Shown: positions 26,664-36,964 of the stretch, one piece after another
Layout of the letters: each line of letters opens with the position of its first letter
How positions within the stretch are numbered: position 1 is the first letter of the stretch
IMG/VR virus record: IMGVR_UViG_3300042731_007310
Coordinates: 20,479 to 84,478 of that record
Direction: 5' to 3' (one strand)
DNA: 64,000 bases
Origin: a virus
Notes under the pieces: generated by a model
Told to the model about the DNA's origin: nothing
The model's input: only the letters and a program-made list of their open reading frames with translations
Database searches by the model: none
Translations under genes and position numbers: made by a program

Positions 26664-27767
26664 ATGCCAGCTTTAGTACGCGGTGAAGTCAGCAATTGTA
26701 GCAATCCAAAACTTGACGTTTTTATGAGAGATCAATACGGACAACTTATAAATGTTTCCGAATTATCTTTTCAGATTTTTGACAAGGTTACAACTCCCGG
26801 AACACCAATTCAAATTTATCCGCTTACAGGTCGTCAAAGTGTTGATTTGAATCCTTGTCCGGTTGGTGGTCGATTAGAGACTGGTAGATATGTTGCTACA
26901 TACACCATTCCATTTACGATACCTATAGGTACTCATGAAATTAGGTGGTTTACAAAATTGAGTTCAACAGATCCGGAACAAGATTTTGCAGAAGAATTTC
27001 AGGTCCTATCTGAAGCAACAATTTTACCTGGTGATTATTATGTTAGTGTATCAGAAGTAAGAGCGGCTGGATTGAATTCACAACCACCTGATGACGCTGA
27101 AATTCAAGCTTCAATTTGTTTATGGCAACAGGTTCTAGAAAGAGCAACTAGACAGTGGTTTAGGCCAATAGAGATAGAAATGTATTTGGATGGAACCGAT
27201 AGCGACGCGCTTCATTTTGCTATTCCAATAATCTCTATAGAAGAATTAAAAATCAATGACGAAGATTCTGCATTGGATACTGATCGTTATAAAGTTTATA
27301 ATAGCGTAAGGTATCCTGATGATAGAAAGAATCCAAGAATAAAATTGATAGATCAATGGGGTTACAAAAGAGATATCTATAGCTCACAAGATAGAACTAG
27401 TAGAAGTCGCTTTTTCAAGGGTCGTCAAAATCAATACGTGAAAGGTGTTTTTGGATACGTTGAAGCTGATGGTTCTACGCCATTATTGATCAAACAGGCT
27501 ATGATTAGATTGGTTGTGAAGGATCTGACAACACCACTGATAGAAGATCCTGAAAGTGATATTTCACCACCCCCGTTAGTAACCGGAAATGTTTCTGAAG
27601 AATGGACTGATGGTCACAAAATAAAGTATCAAATTAGTGGTGGTGAATTGAAGCCGCGCGCCCCTGGTTTATCTGGTTTGATTGACGATCCATTTGTTCA
27701 GAGAGTAATAACGTTATACAAGGCTCCTATAGGAATGGAAACACCCCCTAATCCAACATGGTCATAA
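26664..27767 (+). CDS. Head-tail adaptor with N-terminal Ig/BppU-like domain
   Basis: YVSVSEVRAAG, LERATRQWF, LDGTDSDAL..PIISIEEL, FFKGRQNQYVKGVFGY..TPLLIKQA, EEWTDGHKIKY. Confidence 0.75.
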   Translation: MPALVRGEVSNCSNPKLDVFMRDQYGQLINVSELSFQIFDKVTTPGTPIQIYPLTGRQSVDLNPCPVGGRLETGRYVATYTIPFTIPIGTHEIRWFTKLSSTDPEQDFAEEFQVLSEATILPGDYYVSVSEVRAAGLNSQPPDDAEIQASICLWQQVLERATRQWFRPIEIEMYLDGTDSDALHFAIPIISIEELKINDEDSALDTDRYKVYNSVRYPDDRKNPRIKLIDQWGYKRDIYSSQDRTSRSRFFKGRQNQYVKGVFGYVEADGSTPLLIKQAMIRLVVKDLTTPLIEDPESDISPPPLVTGNVSEEWTDGHKIKYQISGGELKPRAPGLSGLIDDPFVQRVITLYKAPIGMETPPNPTWS

Positions 27768-27768
27768 A

Positions 27769-28191
27769 ATGGTTTTACCTAGACTCATACATCCGATACC
27801 AACACAAATTCAACCGTTTCTTCCACAAGATACGATTCAGGACGATGGTTATAATGAGCCCGTTCAAACTGTTGAATATGGTGAAACATACACAATAAAA
27901 GGTCAATGGAAATGGTATTCTGAAAAAGAACTTAGGCAAATGAGGTCCGGAACTGAAGAAGGTTCAGACGGATATGTATTGCTTAGGATGAAAGATTTGA
28001 AAGCGTTAGGAAAAACGCTTTCACGTGGTGATAGAATTGCTGGTTATGGATCTGGAACTGGAAGAGTAGAACTTGATGTATACGTGGTAAAAATAAGGTA
28101 TGAAGGACATTATCCGGATCAAGGTGGACCTGCACTTGTGAAAGCATTTTTCTTAGATAGACAACCAGATAGACAAACACCTGGTATTTGA
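27769..28191 (+). CDS. Head closure / head-tail joining protein
   Basis: Position after the adaptor; DDGYNEP and LSRGDRI motifs. Confidence 0.65.
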   Translation: MVLPRLIHPIPTQIQPFLPQDTIQDDGYNEPVQTVEYGETYTIKGQWKWYSEKELRQMRSGTEEGSDGYVLLRMKDLKALGKTLSRGDRIAGYGSGTGRVELDVYVVKIRYEGHYPDQGGPALVKAFFLDRQPDRQTPGI

Positions 28192-28814
28192 TGCCTACCC
28201 AATTCAAAATAAAAGGACTAAAAAAATGGCAACAAGCTATTGATGCACGCGGTTTTGATAGGGCGTCTAGAATACATATGAGACAAGCCACAAAACTAAA
28301 TGGTTTGATGGCTACAAAATTACAAAGACAGGTTATTCAAAGCGGAAAAAGTCTAAATAGAAACGCTACTCTTACACAAGCAATAAAGGGTGATGACAAG
28401 GCTTTAGTAGATGATGCAACTTTGTTTCAAAGTATAACGCATAAAGTTATTGATGACTTCACTGTTTTTGCTGGTGTTCTTAGATCTGATCGATCGTTTG
28501 AAGTTGCATCGATGATTCATCATGGAGCTGAAGCAAGAGTCAGCAAAAAGATGCGTGGTTTATTCTATGTATTATGGAGGGCTAGCACTGGAAAAATGGA
28601 TCCAAACAGACTAACCGGAAGGGCTAAGGATCTGTATGAGAGAATGCAAACTGGTTGGCTACCACTAAGTAACGATACTGAAGTTATCGTGATTCCGCCT
28701 AGACAATGGATTATAATTGCATTTAGAAATACTCAAATGATCAAACAAGCGCGCGACAATTGGAAGATGGCCTTACAGCGTGCTTTCGCTGATAGAGCAA
28801 AGGGTGGTAAATAA
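28191..28814 (+). CDS. Neck / virion morphogenesis protein (Mu gpG / HK97 gp10-like)
   Basis: NATLT..KG.DKALVDDATLFQSI, IHHGA, IPPRQWI. Confidence 0.7.
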   Translation: MPTQFKIKGLKKWQQAIDARGFDRASRIHMRQATKLNGLMATKLQRQVIQSGKSLNRNATLTQAIKGDDKALVDDATLFQSITHKVIDDFTVFAGVLRSDRSFEVASMIHHGAEARVSKKMRGLFYVLWRASTGKMDPNRLTGRAKDLYERMQTGWLPLSNDTEVIVIPPRQWIIIAFRNTQMIKQARDNWKMALQRAFADRAKGGK

Positions 28815-30061
28815 TGCCTAGATTTAGAAAAATGATGAAAAGCTTTTTGTTCGAAGAGTCATTTAGAAGAGATATGGCCGATCTAAATTCTGGCGTAAGG
28901 CTGAATCCACAAACTAATAGATTAGAAATAATGCCTGTTAGTGGCGGTTCCTATCCAACTACCCTAGATTTATTCGCAAGAACAAGATTGACAACACCGG
29001 AAGCCCTTAGAAAATGGTCTGGATTTTTTGTCATATTGAATAATGCTAAAATTGCCGGTGACGTGGTTACTGATGTTAGGTTTAGAATTAGTGATGGGGT
29101 AAATGATTATTATTGGAATACTGGTGCTAATGACTGGGTTGTGGCCGCTCCAAACAATTGGAATACAGAACAAGAAGTAGCAGATAATATAGATAAGTGG
29201 TTGAATCAATCTATACAGGTTGTGATAAATCTGTCTACTCAAAATGAACGTGTAACGCCATACGTAAATGAAGTGAGGTTGTTATATGAAACCGATCTTG
29301 TTTTTCTTGAAGACTACGTTGTTAGATCATTCAAAGAAGATCTTTTGGACAATGTTAGGCCGATTTCTGTTATCGCGTTTAATTCAAGCGGTGAAACACA
29401 AAAAGATTTGAGTGTTATAAAAACACCGTACGATATCGTAGACGTTGACGCGGTATATAACAACACGGTTGACGAAAAACATCTTTCACCACTTTCCGGT
29501 GTATCGTTCAATCCGACTTCGAAAACTGTTTTCTTTCCAGCGCAAACGGTAGGTGACCGAATTGAAATAAGATTTATTTGGCGCCCCTACGTTGTTTTGA
29601 CGCAATCGCAAGATTATACAGAAGTCCGGAAAATTCCTGTCATAGTAATCGACGATGTTTCTATCGAAAATGAAAGTGTGATTAGAAATAGGCCGTACGT
29701 AATAAACAAAGGAACCGGTCATGGTTTTGTTTTCGAAGAAGGTTTTCAAGCCGATATAAGGACACCGTTACGTATTATCACAAGCTCTAGAAGGGATTTG
29801 GATATATTATCTGATGAGTTGAAGCGGTACTTTGCTAACACCACATTTCTTAGATCTCGTGGTCAGGATGAAAATTACACATACCGTGTTTTGGAAGTTT
29901 TCAACGATAGTTCAACACCGTCACAAAAGGAACTGTACACTGGTAGACTTACCGTTTTGATCGAAAAAGCTGTATTCTATAGTGAAGACGCTAAGCCGAT
30001 AACTGGTGTCAAGCGCTTTAGCGTGACTGGTGGAAACATTACAATAGAAGTCACGAATTAG
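28814..30061 (+). CDS. Tail terminator / tail completion protein with N-terminal extension
   Basis: Directly before the sheath gene; C-terminal IPVIVIDD...DIRTPLRII..RRDLDILSDEL fits a terminator fold. Confidence 0.55.
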   Translation: MPRFRKMMKSFLFEESFRRDMADLNSGVRLNPQTNRLEIMPVSGGSYPTTLDLFARTRLTTPEALRKWSGFFVILNNAKIAGDVVTDVRFRISDGVNDYYWNTGANDWVVAAPNNWNTEQEVADNIDKWLNQSIQVVINLSTQNERVTPYVNEVRLLYETDLVFLEDYVVRSFKEDLLDNVRPISVIAFNSSGETQKDLSVIKTPYDIVDVDAVYNNTVDEKHLSPLSGVSFNPTSKTVFFPAQTVGDRIEIRFIWRPYVVLTQSQDYTEVRKIPVIVIDDVSIENESVIRNRPYVINKGTGHGFVFEEGFQADIRTPLRIITSSRRDLDILSDELKRYFANTTFLRSRGQDENYTYRVLEVFNDSSTPSQKELYTGRLTVLIEKAVFYSEDAKPITGVKRFSVTGGNITIEVTN

Positions 30062-30072
30062 GAGGTTTTCCC

Positions 30073-32397
30073 ATGACAAGAAGATTTGGACCTACGCGAG
30101 CCGCTGGCACGGTGATCGAAGAACAAGAAGGCGACAAGAGTATAAGTCCTGGTGCTTTAGGGTGGGCCGGATATGCTGGCATTATGGAAAAGGGACCTGT
30201 CGGTGAGCTTATGCTGGTTTCGTCAAAAACCGAATTGCTGGCAATGACAGGCGGTATTTTATCCGATAGTTTGTTACCCGATTGCGCGCAAGATTTTTTC
30301 AGTGTGGCTAATGGCGCTGGTGGACTTGCGCTTGTTCGTGTTACTGATGGTAACGAATTGCAATCAGAACGTACGTTATACGCGCGTATCGGAAGCCTTT
30401 TGACGCCTATGGGTACATTGAAAGCCGCAAATGGCGGAAGGTGGGGTGGTAAGAAAGATAATAGATCTTACGATCTAGATGCGGCTGGTGATCTTGCAAA
30501 CACAACGCTTCAACTTCCCGCTGCTATAGCAAGTTCTTTAGTAACCGACCAATTAAAGGGTGGCTGGATTGAATTGGACGCTGTAGCGAATACAAGATAT
30601 CCGATCATAGGAAATAGTAATACTGGATTGATAACGGTTGCAGCCGATCAAACCATGAAAGATGACTGGACGGCCGCTGCGGTTCCTACAAATCTTCGAT
30701 TCTACCTGATTTTGGAGAATGAAGGAAAATCAGTCTCTTTCAAAATTGGTGACGGTGAAGAAAATCCTGATACGGAATTCTCAATCGAATTCTTTGTTGA
30801 TGGTGCAACGGTGAAGAAGTACGGAAATCTTCATACGGATCCTAACAACGCGCGTTATTGGGTAAATGTAATCAATAACGACACTTCAAATTTTGTAGCT
30901 GAAGCCGTGGATCTTTGGACTGGTGCTCATGTGGCAAACGTAAGGCCAGCAAATTATTACGGGATAATCAAGACTGTAACGGCTACAGTTCTAACCGCTG
31001 AAATTCACGACTTTACAATCAATAGCCCTAGTGGTGGTAATCCTACGTTTGCATTAGGGACTACAACCGACGAAATGATCGAACAACAAATCACCATTAC
31101 GATGACAGCGCCTACCACTGGCGACGTAGTTTCTGACAAGTTTGGTGCATTGGGTACGGTTACGTTAGGTACTCTATTTGATCCGGTGAATGGTGCTGGT
31201 GGCGCGAACATAAACAAGTGGTGTCCACCGTTTACTGTAACGACTGGTGCCACTCCGTTAGTAGCTACTGACACGTTGGTTGTAAACTATAAGCCGTTTG
31301 TGGCTGATGAGTTGATCGGTGGTTATCTCTATCCTGACAAAGTGAATTACAAACTGGATAACTATAGGATCGTAGACAACGATCACAAATCCATCACTAT
31401 CGCAAGTGGTAATGATATGACGACGATAGCCGCTATAGCAGACGAATTCATGGTATCCGCTGCTATCGAAATGGCTTTCGGTAGAGACGGAAATGCAGAC
31501 GTTGTTGACGCGGATTATGAACTTCAAGCTTGGGATGTAGACACAAGCCCGTTCAACGATGTAGCTGGACTGAATCTAGGCCTAATCAAATTCGCTACCC
31601 CTGGTGTGAATTCAACGGCCGTTCAAAAAGCTGGTGTTGCGTACGCTGAAGCAAAGAATCATCAGTATCGATATGAAGCGGCTTCAACCGTACTAACCGA
31701 AAACAGCGCGTTGTCTCTCGTAAATGACACGCTAGGGCGTTCCGATTATGCCGTGATGGCTTGGCCGTCTTACGGATATGTTCCGGATCCTGACCCGAAT
31801 TTCGCTCGTGAAGGCCGTTTGAAGCTCATACCGATGACTGGTATGATTCATGGTCGTGAAGCTTCAATAGCCCGTAATTGGAACGGTTATCACAAGGCTG
31901 AAGCCGGTGTTGATGCAACACTACCACGTGTACTAAAACTTCCGACCTTGGATAGGCGACTGAATGAAGAACTGTTGAACCCTGCCGGAATCGCTGTTAT
32001 CAAGAAGAAGCAAGGCAATTTCGTGATATGGGGTGATCGTACTCTACATAGAGATCCGTCTTGGAAATGGAAGCACCAACGCGAACAAATGTGTTATTAC
32101 GAACAAGTTCTTCAAGAATCGTTTGATTTCATTATTTTCGCTATCAATGATGCAATAAGCGATAAACTAGCGGAAACAGCGCTAATCACTTTCTTCCTTC
32201 CGGAATTTGTGAAAAGAGCGCTACGTGGTAAAACGTTCCAAGAAGCCGCGATCATCAAAGTAGATGAAGAGTTGAACACCGATGTCACGAGAGACGCTGG
32301 TGATAAGATCGCTTCAGTAAGTTTGCGTTTAGCCGATACGGTTGAACGGTTTATAATCAAAATCGGTAAACAAGGAATTTTTGAATCAGTAGCATAA
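30073..32397 (+). CDS. Contractile tail sheath protein
   Basis: GTVIEE, EKGPVGE, AANGGRWG, SDYAVMAWP, LNPAGI..IKK..G..IWGDRTL, FAIND, ADTVERFII. Confidence 0.92.
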   Translation: MTRRFGPTRAAGTVIEEQEGDKSISPGALGWAGYAGIMEKGPVGELMLVSSKTELLAMTGGILSDSLLPDCAQDFFSVANGAGGLALVRVTDGNELQSERTLYARIGSLLTPMGTLKAANGGRWGGKKDNRSYDLDAAGDLANTTLQLPAAIASSLVTDQLKGGWIELDAVANTRYPIIGNSNTGLITVAADQTMKDDWTAAAVPTNLRFYLILENEGKSVSFKIGDGEENPDTEFSIEFFVDGATVKKYGNLHTDPNNARYWVNVINNDTSNFVAEAVDLWTGAHVANVRPANYYGIIKTVTATVLTAEIHDFTINSPSGGNPTFALGTTTDEMIEQQITITMTAPTTGDVVSDKFGALGTVTLGTLFDPVNGAGGANINKWCPPFTVTTGATPLVATDTLVVNYKPFVADELIGGYLYPDKVNYKLDNYRIVDNDHKSITIASGNDMTTIAAIADEFMVSAAIEMAFGRDGNADVVDADYELQAWDVDTSPFNDVAGLNLGLIKFATPGVNSTAVQKAGVAYAEAKNHQYRYEAASTVLTENSALSLVNDTLGRSDYAVMAWPSYGYVPDPDPNFAREGRLKLIPMTGMIHGREASIARNWNGYHKAEAGVDATLPRVLKLPTLDRRLNEELLNPAGIAVIKKKQGNFVIWGDRTLHRDPSWKWKHQREQMCYYEQVLQESFDFIIFAINDAISDKLAETALITFFLPEFVKRALRGKTFQEAAIIKVDEELNTDVTRDAGDKIASVSLRLADTVERFIIKIGKQGIFESVA

Positions 32398-32451
32398 GGC
32401 CAAAGTCGAAAAACGTTTTAGGCGCTTAGCGCTAAATTGGAGGTAAGGAAA

Positions 32452-32895
32452 ATGTCAAGAGCCACACTAAAAAGGTCGCTAGGCGAAGCTGGTGCATTTT
32501 TTGACGATTCGCACGGCGAAGATAATCTGTTAGCAGTGCTAACGTCTATGGCTAACGTAGGCGAAAGTCTAAGTGTCAAAGAAGCGAGTCCATCAACAGG
32601 GATAAAAGCTTCAATGGTGATGGATGGCGCTTCAAGGATTGGAACGCTATACACGAAAATAGGCACTACCGGAACAGCGCTTCAAACAGACGTACGCGTA
32701 CGCGTGAATGGAACCTTGATTACCGGAACGCTTTCTACTCTCAATACGGAAGCTGATGGTACTTATAAGGGTCTAGCGTACAACTACAATCTTGCGGCTG
32801 GTGATTTGGTAGAAATCGATTTTACAGCCGTTGCTACTGGTGCGGCAAACGTCGCGGCTACCCTAAGAATGAAGCCTGTAACGGTTGAGACTTGA
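32452..32895 (+). CDS. Hypothetical structural protein between sheath and tube genes
   Basis: GGAGG RBS; C-terminal jelly-roll-like LAAGDLVEIDFTAVATGAAN. Confidence 0.65.
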   Translation: MSRATLKRSLGEAGAFFDDSHGEDNLLAVLTSMANVGESLSVKEASPSTGIKASMVMDGASRIGTLYTKIGTTGTALQTDVRVRVNGTLITGTLSTLNTEADGTYKGLAYNYNLAAGDLVEIDFTAVATGAANVAATLRMKPVTVET

Positions 32896-32945
32896 TTTCT
32901 CAATAACGTCTAATTTCTACTTCATCCAATGCAAGGAGGATCAAA

Positions 32946-33383
32946 GTGAAAGGCGAAATTTTAGCAGACCATATGTCGGTCAATAAGTATACACTTCAAA
33001 TTGTCGGATTGATTCCGATAACAGCCGTTGAAATGTCGGGTATCGAAGATGAACTTGAAACCACAGAACTTCCGGATCGGACTGTTGCGAGTGGTGGTAA
33101 TCGAAAGGCTACGGAATTCACAATGATGGTTCCCGCCCACCATGCCGCTGAACAAGCCGCTTTAGAGTTATGGTATAGAGAGTCTCAAGATCCCGTTTCA
33201 CCAACGTACAAAAAGCCGTGTACCTTGACCTTGGAGTCAATATCTGGAAATGCAACACGCGGTTATACGCTTTCTGGCGTTTTTCCAAAAGGTAGAAATA
33301 CCCCTGATTTGGAAAAGAAAAATGAAGGCGAAATAGCCCTAATAGAATGGGTGATGTCAGTAGACGACATTATCCCAATATAA
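32946..33383 (+). CDS. Tail tube protein (T4 gp19-like)
   Basis: AGGAGG RBS with GTG start; SGIEDE, WY...DP....YKKPCTL, YTLSGVFP, DLEK..GEIALIE. Confidence 0.85.
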   Translation: MKGEILADHMSVNKYTLQIVGLIPITAVEMSGIEDELETTELPDRTVASGGNRKATEFTMMVPAHHAAEQAALELWYRESQDPVSPTYKKPCTLTLESISGNATRGYTLSGVFPKGRNTPDLEKKNEGEIALIEWVMSVDDIIPI

Positions 33384-33481
33384 TTCTTGGAACCTGGTGG
33401 TTCCTAAATTGCGATACAATCGCTTTCTGAAAACCTGTTGGTTTGACCTATCAAGGCTATTAGCCGATTGGAGGTAACCCG

Positions 33482-34360
33482 ATGAAAAAAGTAGGTACAA
33501 AAGAGATAAAAGAAGACGATCCGAAAGTCAAAGAAACACCGGGTCGAATGACTATAACGTTAGGGGAATACCGCGATAGATTACCTGTTGGTATATTGCA
33601 AGGCGGTAAACTCTATAAAGACGTTATTTTGAAGCCATGGCGTACTAAAGACGAACGTGAATTAGGGAAGAAATTTCCTAATGACGCTGGTATGGCTGAA
33701 CATGTTTCGATAGTAGTAGCCAATATGTGTTCTAAATTAGGCCCTCATGATATGGACAGTATGAAGGACGCTGAAAAATCATTGGTTGTTTCTACTATGT
33801 ATATGGCCGATGTTTTTTATGTCTATACGTTATTGAGATTGAAATCTATGGGCAAGGATTTGAAGCTTACAATTACCTGCCCTACACCTGGTTGTGGTGT
33901 TGAATTCCCATATGTTGGAAATCTTGAAACCATAGAAGTATCGTACGTTGAAGATCTTGACGATATTTTGTGGAACTATGACCTTCACGATCCTATCGAC
34001 ATAAGAAAACAGAAAGTCGAAAAATTTAGGATGGCATATCCCAAATGGTCGGTAATGGAAGAAGGACGTGGAAACACAAACGAAGCTGAAGTGAAAGCTA
34101 TGACTCTTCTTGGTTCAATCGTTGGTCTAAACGATGTAAATGAGCCCGTATCATTGACTATGTCTGAAATTGATGAGTTATCAAAAGTTGATTTTGAATG
34201 TCTCATTCAAGGAATAAATGATCATTTTTTAGGCCCTAAAATGGGCATAGAAGGCGAGTGTACACCGGAAATTTGTACTAAGCTGAAGCGCGGTGGTCAT
34301 AAATTTATCTTTCCGATAGATTGGAGGTATAAGAATTTTTTCGGTTCTTCTTCCCGATAA
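33482..34360 (+). CDS. Tail assembly chaperone / baseplate-hub assembly protein (T4 gp26-like, Zn ribbons)
   Basis: Between tube and tape measure; LKPWRTKDE, LR.KSMG...LTITCP..GC, second C..C and a terminal NFF motif. Confidence 0.7.
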   Translation: MKKVGTKEIKEDDPKVKETPGRMTITLGEYRDRLPVGILQGGKLYKDVILKPWRTKDERELGKKFPNDAGMAEHVSIVVANMCSKLGPHDMDSMKDAEKSLVVSTMYMADVFYVYTLLRLKSMGKDLKLTITCPTPGCGVEFPYVGNLETIEVSYVEDLDDILWNYDLHDPIDIRKQKVEKFRMAYPKWSVMEEGRGNTNEAEVKAMTLLGSIVGLNDVNEPVSLTMSEIDELSKVDFECLIQGINDHFLGPKMGIEGECTPEICTKLKRGGHKFIFPIDWRYKNFFGSSSR

Positions 34361-34578
34361 CTAGTGTAGACGAGTTACGGGAAGAAACTTTTGGTCTATA
34401 TTATTTTTCTGAAGGTGGAATCAATTACGACAATATAGATAATATGGATTCAGAAGAAAGAGCGTGGCATCTAAGACGAATTTATGATCAAAAGAAAAAA
34501 GAAAGTGACGCGGTAAAAAAGGCTCAAGGAGGTACGAATAAACCGGCTGGTGGTAGAATAAGAAGAAAACGGAGATAG
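34336..34578 (+). CDS. -1 frameshift extension of the tail assembly chaperone (gpGT-like), unannotated
   Basis: Slippery T TTT TTC at 34336-34342; the -1 frame is open to TAG 34576-78 (RFFFPITSVDELREETFGLYYFSEGG...MDSEERAWHLRRI...), ending 4 nt before the tape measure start. Confidence 0.75.
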   Translation, partial: FFRFFFPITSVDELREETFGLYYFSEGGINYDNIDNMDSEERAWHLRRIYDQKKKESDAVKKAQGGTNKPAGGRIRRKRR

Positions 34579-34582
34579 AAAA

Positions 34583-36964
34583 GTGGCGTTAGAAAAAGTC
34601 GGTTTAGGTGGTGTTCTTCAGTTTGATGAAAAACAAGCCGTTCGCGGTATGGGTAACGCCACACGCGCTTCAAAACTGTTTTCAAAATCATTCAATCAAA
34701 TCACGAATGTAGCTAGGGCGGTTGGTCAAGGTATGGGTCAACTAGCCGGTTCAATGCGATCATTCGGTGTTGCCGCGCTTCCGGTGTCCGCTGCTATGGG
34801 GTTTGGAACCAAGCAAGCGATAGACTTCGAAAAGCAAATGTCAGCCGTTCGTGCTATTACTGGTGCGACTTCTGAAGAAATGGCAATGCTTGAAAAAGAA
34901 GCGAAGAAACAAGGCGCTACTACGGCTTATAGCGCTACACAAGCTGGTGAAGGAATGGAATTCCTTTCACGTGCTGGTTTTTCTGTAAATGAACAAATGG
35001 CTGCAATAGGACCTTTATTGAATGCGGCTGCGGCTGATGGTATTGGGTTAGGTGAAACGGCTAATATAGTTGCTAACTCTTTACGTTCTATGAATCTTCC
35101 AGCTAGTGATGCGGCTAGGGTAGCTGATGTATTAGCGCTTACTTCAGCAAAAACAAATACGAATATCCTTCAAATGGGTGAAGCTATGCGTTATGCGGCT
35201 CCACAAGCGAAGGCTATGAATGTTGAATTTGAACAGTTATCAGCCGTATTAGGTGCGGCGGCTGACGCTGGTTTACAAGGTTCTATTGGTGGTACTTCAT
35301 TTACTCAAGCAATGGTAAAACTTTTGAAGCCAAGTGAAGAAGGAAGTAGGCTTCTACAACAATACAACGTTCAGGTTCATAAAACTGCAACTGGATACAC
35401 TGATGTAATTGATCTATTTGGACAAGTATCTAAGGGAATAAAATCAATAAGCGATCCTTTGGATCAAGCTAGAGCTGTAACAGAACTTTTCGGTGTACGT
35501 GGTCAAAAGGCAATAAATGCAGTTCTAACAGCTATAGAGTCCGGAAAGATGGAAGGTTTAGCTGAACAACTTTATAATGCTGAAGGTTCAGCTAAACGTA
35601 TGGCTGATATACGTTTAGATAATGTAGCTGGTGCTTTTACCCTTTTGAAATCGGCCGCTGAAGGTTTCGCGCTAGAGACTGCCGGATTGTTCTTAGGTCC
35701 AATGAAGGAAGGCGTTCAGGGATTCACAAATAATCTTTCAAATGTTGTTCTTGTTCTTCAGGAATTGAATAGCGAAGAAGGTCTAACAGATGAAACTTCA
35801 AAGAAAGTTGGATCAACAATTGTTGAAGTAGCAAAGGGGATAAAAGAAGGTATAGACACTGTAATAGAAGCATGGACTACATTTAGAAAATCTGTTACTG
35901 ATTTCATAGCAAAATTCACTGGAAGTCAGTCACCAGGTATGATCAAGCAATTTACAAAGATAGCTACTATTGCGCTGGTGGTAGCTGGTGCTATTGCTCC
36001 CATACTGTTAGCCGTTGGTGGTCTAGCGTTCTTTATTTCAACCGCCTTAGTTCCGGTTTTTAGTGTTATCGGATCTGTTGTTGGTGCTGTATTTGGTGGC
36101 GTTGTACTTCCTATTTTGGCGGTTTTAGCTGGTGCTTTTTTGATTATCAGAAGAGACGGTGAGAGTGTAGGGGAAACTTTCACTAGAATATGGGAAGGTA
36201 TAAAACAAGGTTTTGATTTCGTAATGGAAACCGCGATAAATCCTTTTATTGCTGGTTTTCAGTACATACCTGATGTGTTTGGTTATGTACAAGAAAAATT
36301 TTGGGAATTTGTCGATTCATTGAGGACAGATTTTTATGATGTTATAAACGCTATAACACAAGCGGCTTCCGCATTGATGCCATTTTTTGAAGTAGTTTGG
36401 ACTTTCCTAGGAAATATCGTAGGTACTGCCGTTGCTGGTATGGGGTTAGCATTCACTACGATGTTTGATATTGTAAAATGGGTAGTACGAGAATTGAAAT
36501 TCTTGGTTGTATCGCTAATAGAAAGTATAGTAAACTTAGTAAAAAATGTTTCATGGGGTATAGGTAAACTTGGAGAGTTAGCCGGTTTTGACTGGGGTAA
36601 AAAAATGGTCGAATTCGGCAAGGATAAATTTCAAGTTGAATTAGGAACAAAACAACGCGGATTACAACCACCAGAAAAGCCTTCTGAAATATCGAAAAAG
36701 ATAGGTGAAGAACAAGCTAAGGCTAAGGGTGATGAAAAAAGTGGAGATATGAAAGCGTTGGCTGATGAATTGGCTAAAGCAACAAAAGACGCACAACCTA
36801 AATGTGTTGAAGTAAATAATAAAATGTCGGTAGATGGTAAGACGCTTGCAAAATCTAGTAGTAGACATAGGATTGAACTTCAAGAACGATCTGGCTTCAA
36901 ATCTACACCTTGGCAAAGAAGATCCGCTGTAGAACATGGCGCAACACCGGTAGGGGGTGCATGA
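34583..36964 (+). CDS. Tail tape measure protein (TP901 family)
   Basis: FEKQMSAVRAITGAT, GATTAYSATQAGEGMEFLSRAG, KTNTNILQMGEAMRYAAP, GLQGSIGGT, GSAKRMADIRLDN; hydrophobic C-terminal helices. Confidence 0.95.
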   Translation: MALEKVGLGGVLQFDEKQAVRGMGNATRASKLFSKSFNQITNVARAVGQGMGQLAGSMRSFGVAALPVSAAMGFGTKQAIDFEKQMSAVRAITGATSEEMAMLEKEAKKQGATTAYSATQAGEGMEFLSRAGFSVNEQMAAIGPLLNAAAADGIGLGETANIVANSLRSMNLPASDAARVADVLALTSAKTNTNILQMGEAMRYAAPQAKAMNVEFEQLSAVLGAAADAGLQGSIGGTSFTQAMVKLLKPSEEGSRLLQQYNVQVHKTATGYTDVIDLFGQVSKGIKSISDPLDQARAVTELFGVRGQKAINAVLTAIESGKMEGLAEQLYNAEGSAKRMADIRLDNVAGAFTLLKSAAEGFALETAGLFLGPMKEGVQGFTNNLSNVVLVLQELNSEEGLTDETSKKVGSTIVEVAKGIKEGIDTVIEAWTTFRKSVTDFIAKFTGSQSPGMIKQFTKIATIALVVAGAIAPILLAVGGLAFFISTALVPVFSVIGSVVGAVFGGVVLPILAVLAGAFLIIRRDGESVGETFTRIWEGIKQGFDFVMETAINPFIAGFQYIPDVFGYVQEKFWEFVDSLRTDFYDVINAITQAASALMPFFEVVWTFLGNIVGTAVAGMGLAFTTMFDIVKWVVRELKFLVVSLIESIVNLVKNVSWGIGKLGELAGFDWGKKMVEFGKDKFQVELGTKQRGLQPPEKPSEISKKIGEEQAKAKGDEKSGDMKALADELAKATKDAQPKCVEVNNKMSVDGKTLAKSSSRHRIELQERSGFKSTPWQRRSAVEHGATPVGGA

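Noticed and set aside
33405-33425. Small hairpins after the tube gene (GGAACC/GGTTCC just upstream; GCGAT/ATCGC) and after the sheath gene near 32416-32436
   Set aside because: Stems are short and lack convincing U-tracts; they could be chance or minor mRNA-stability elements.
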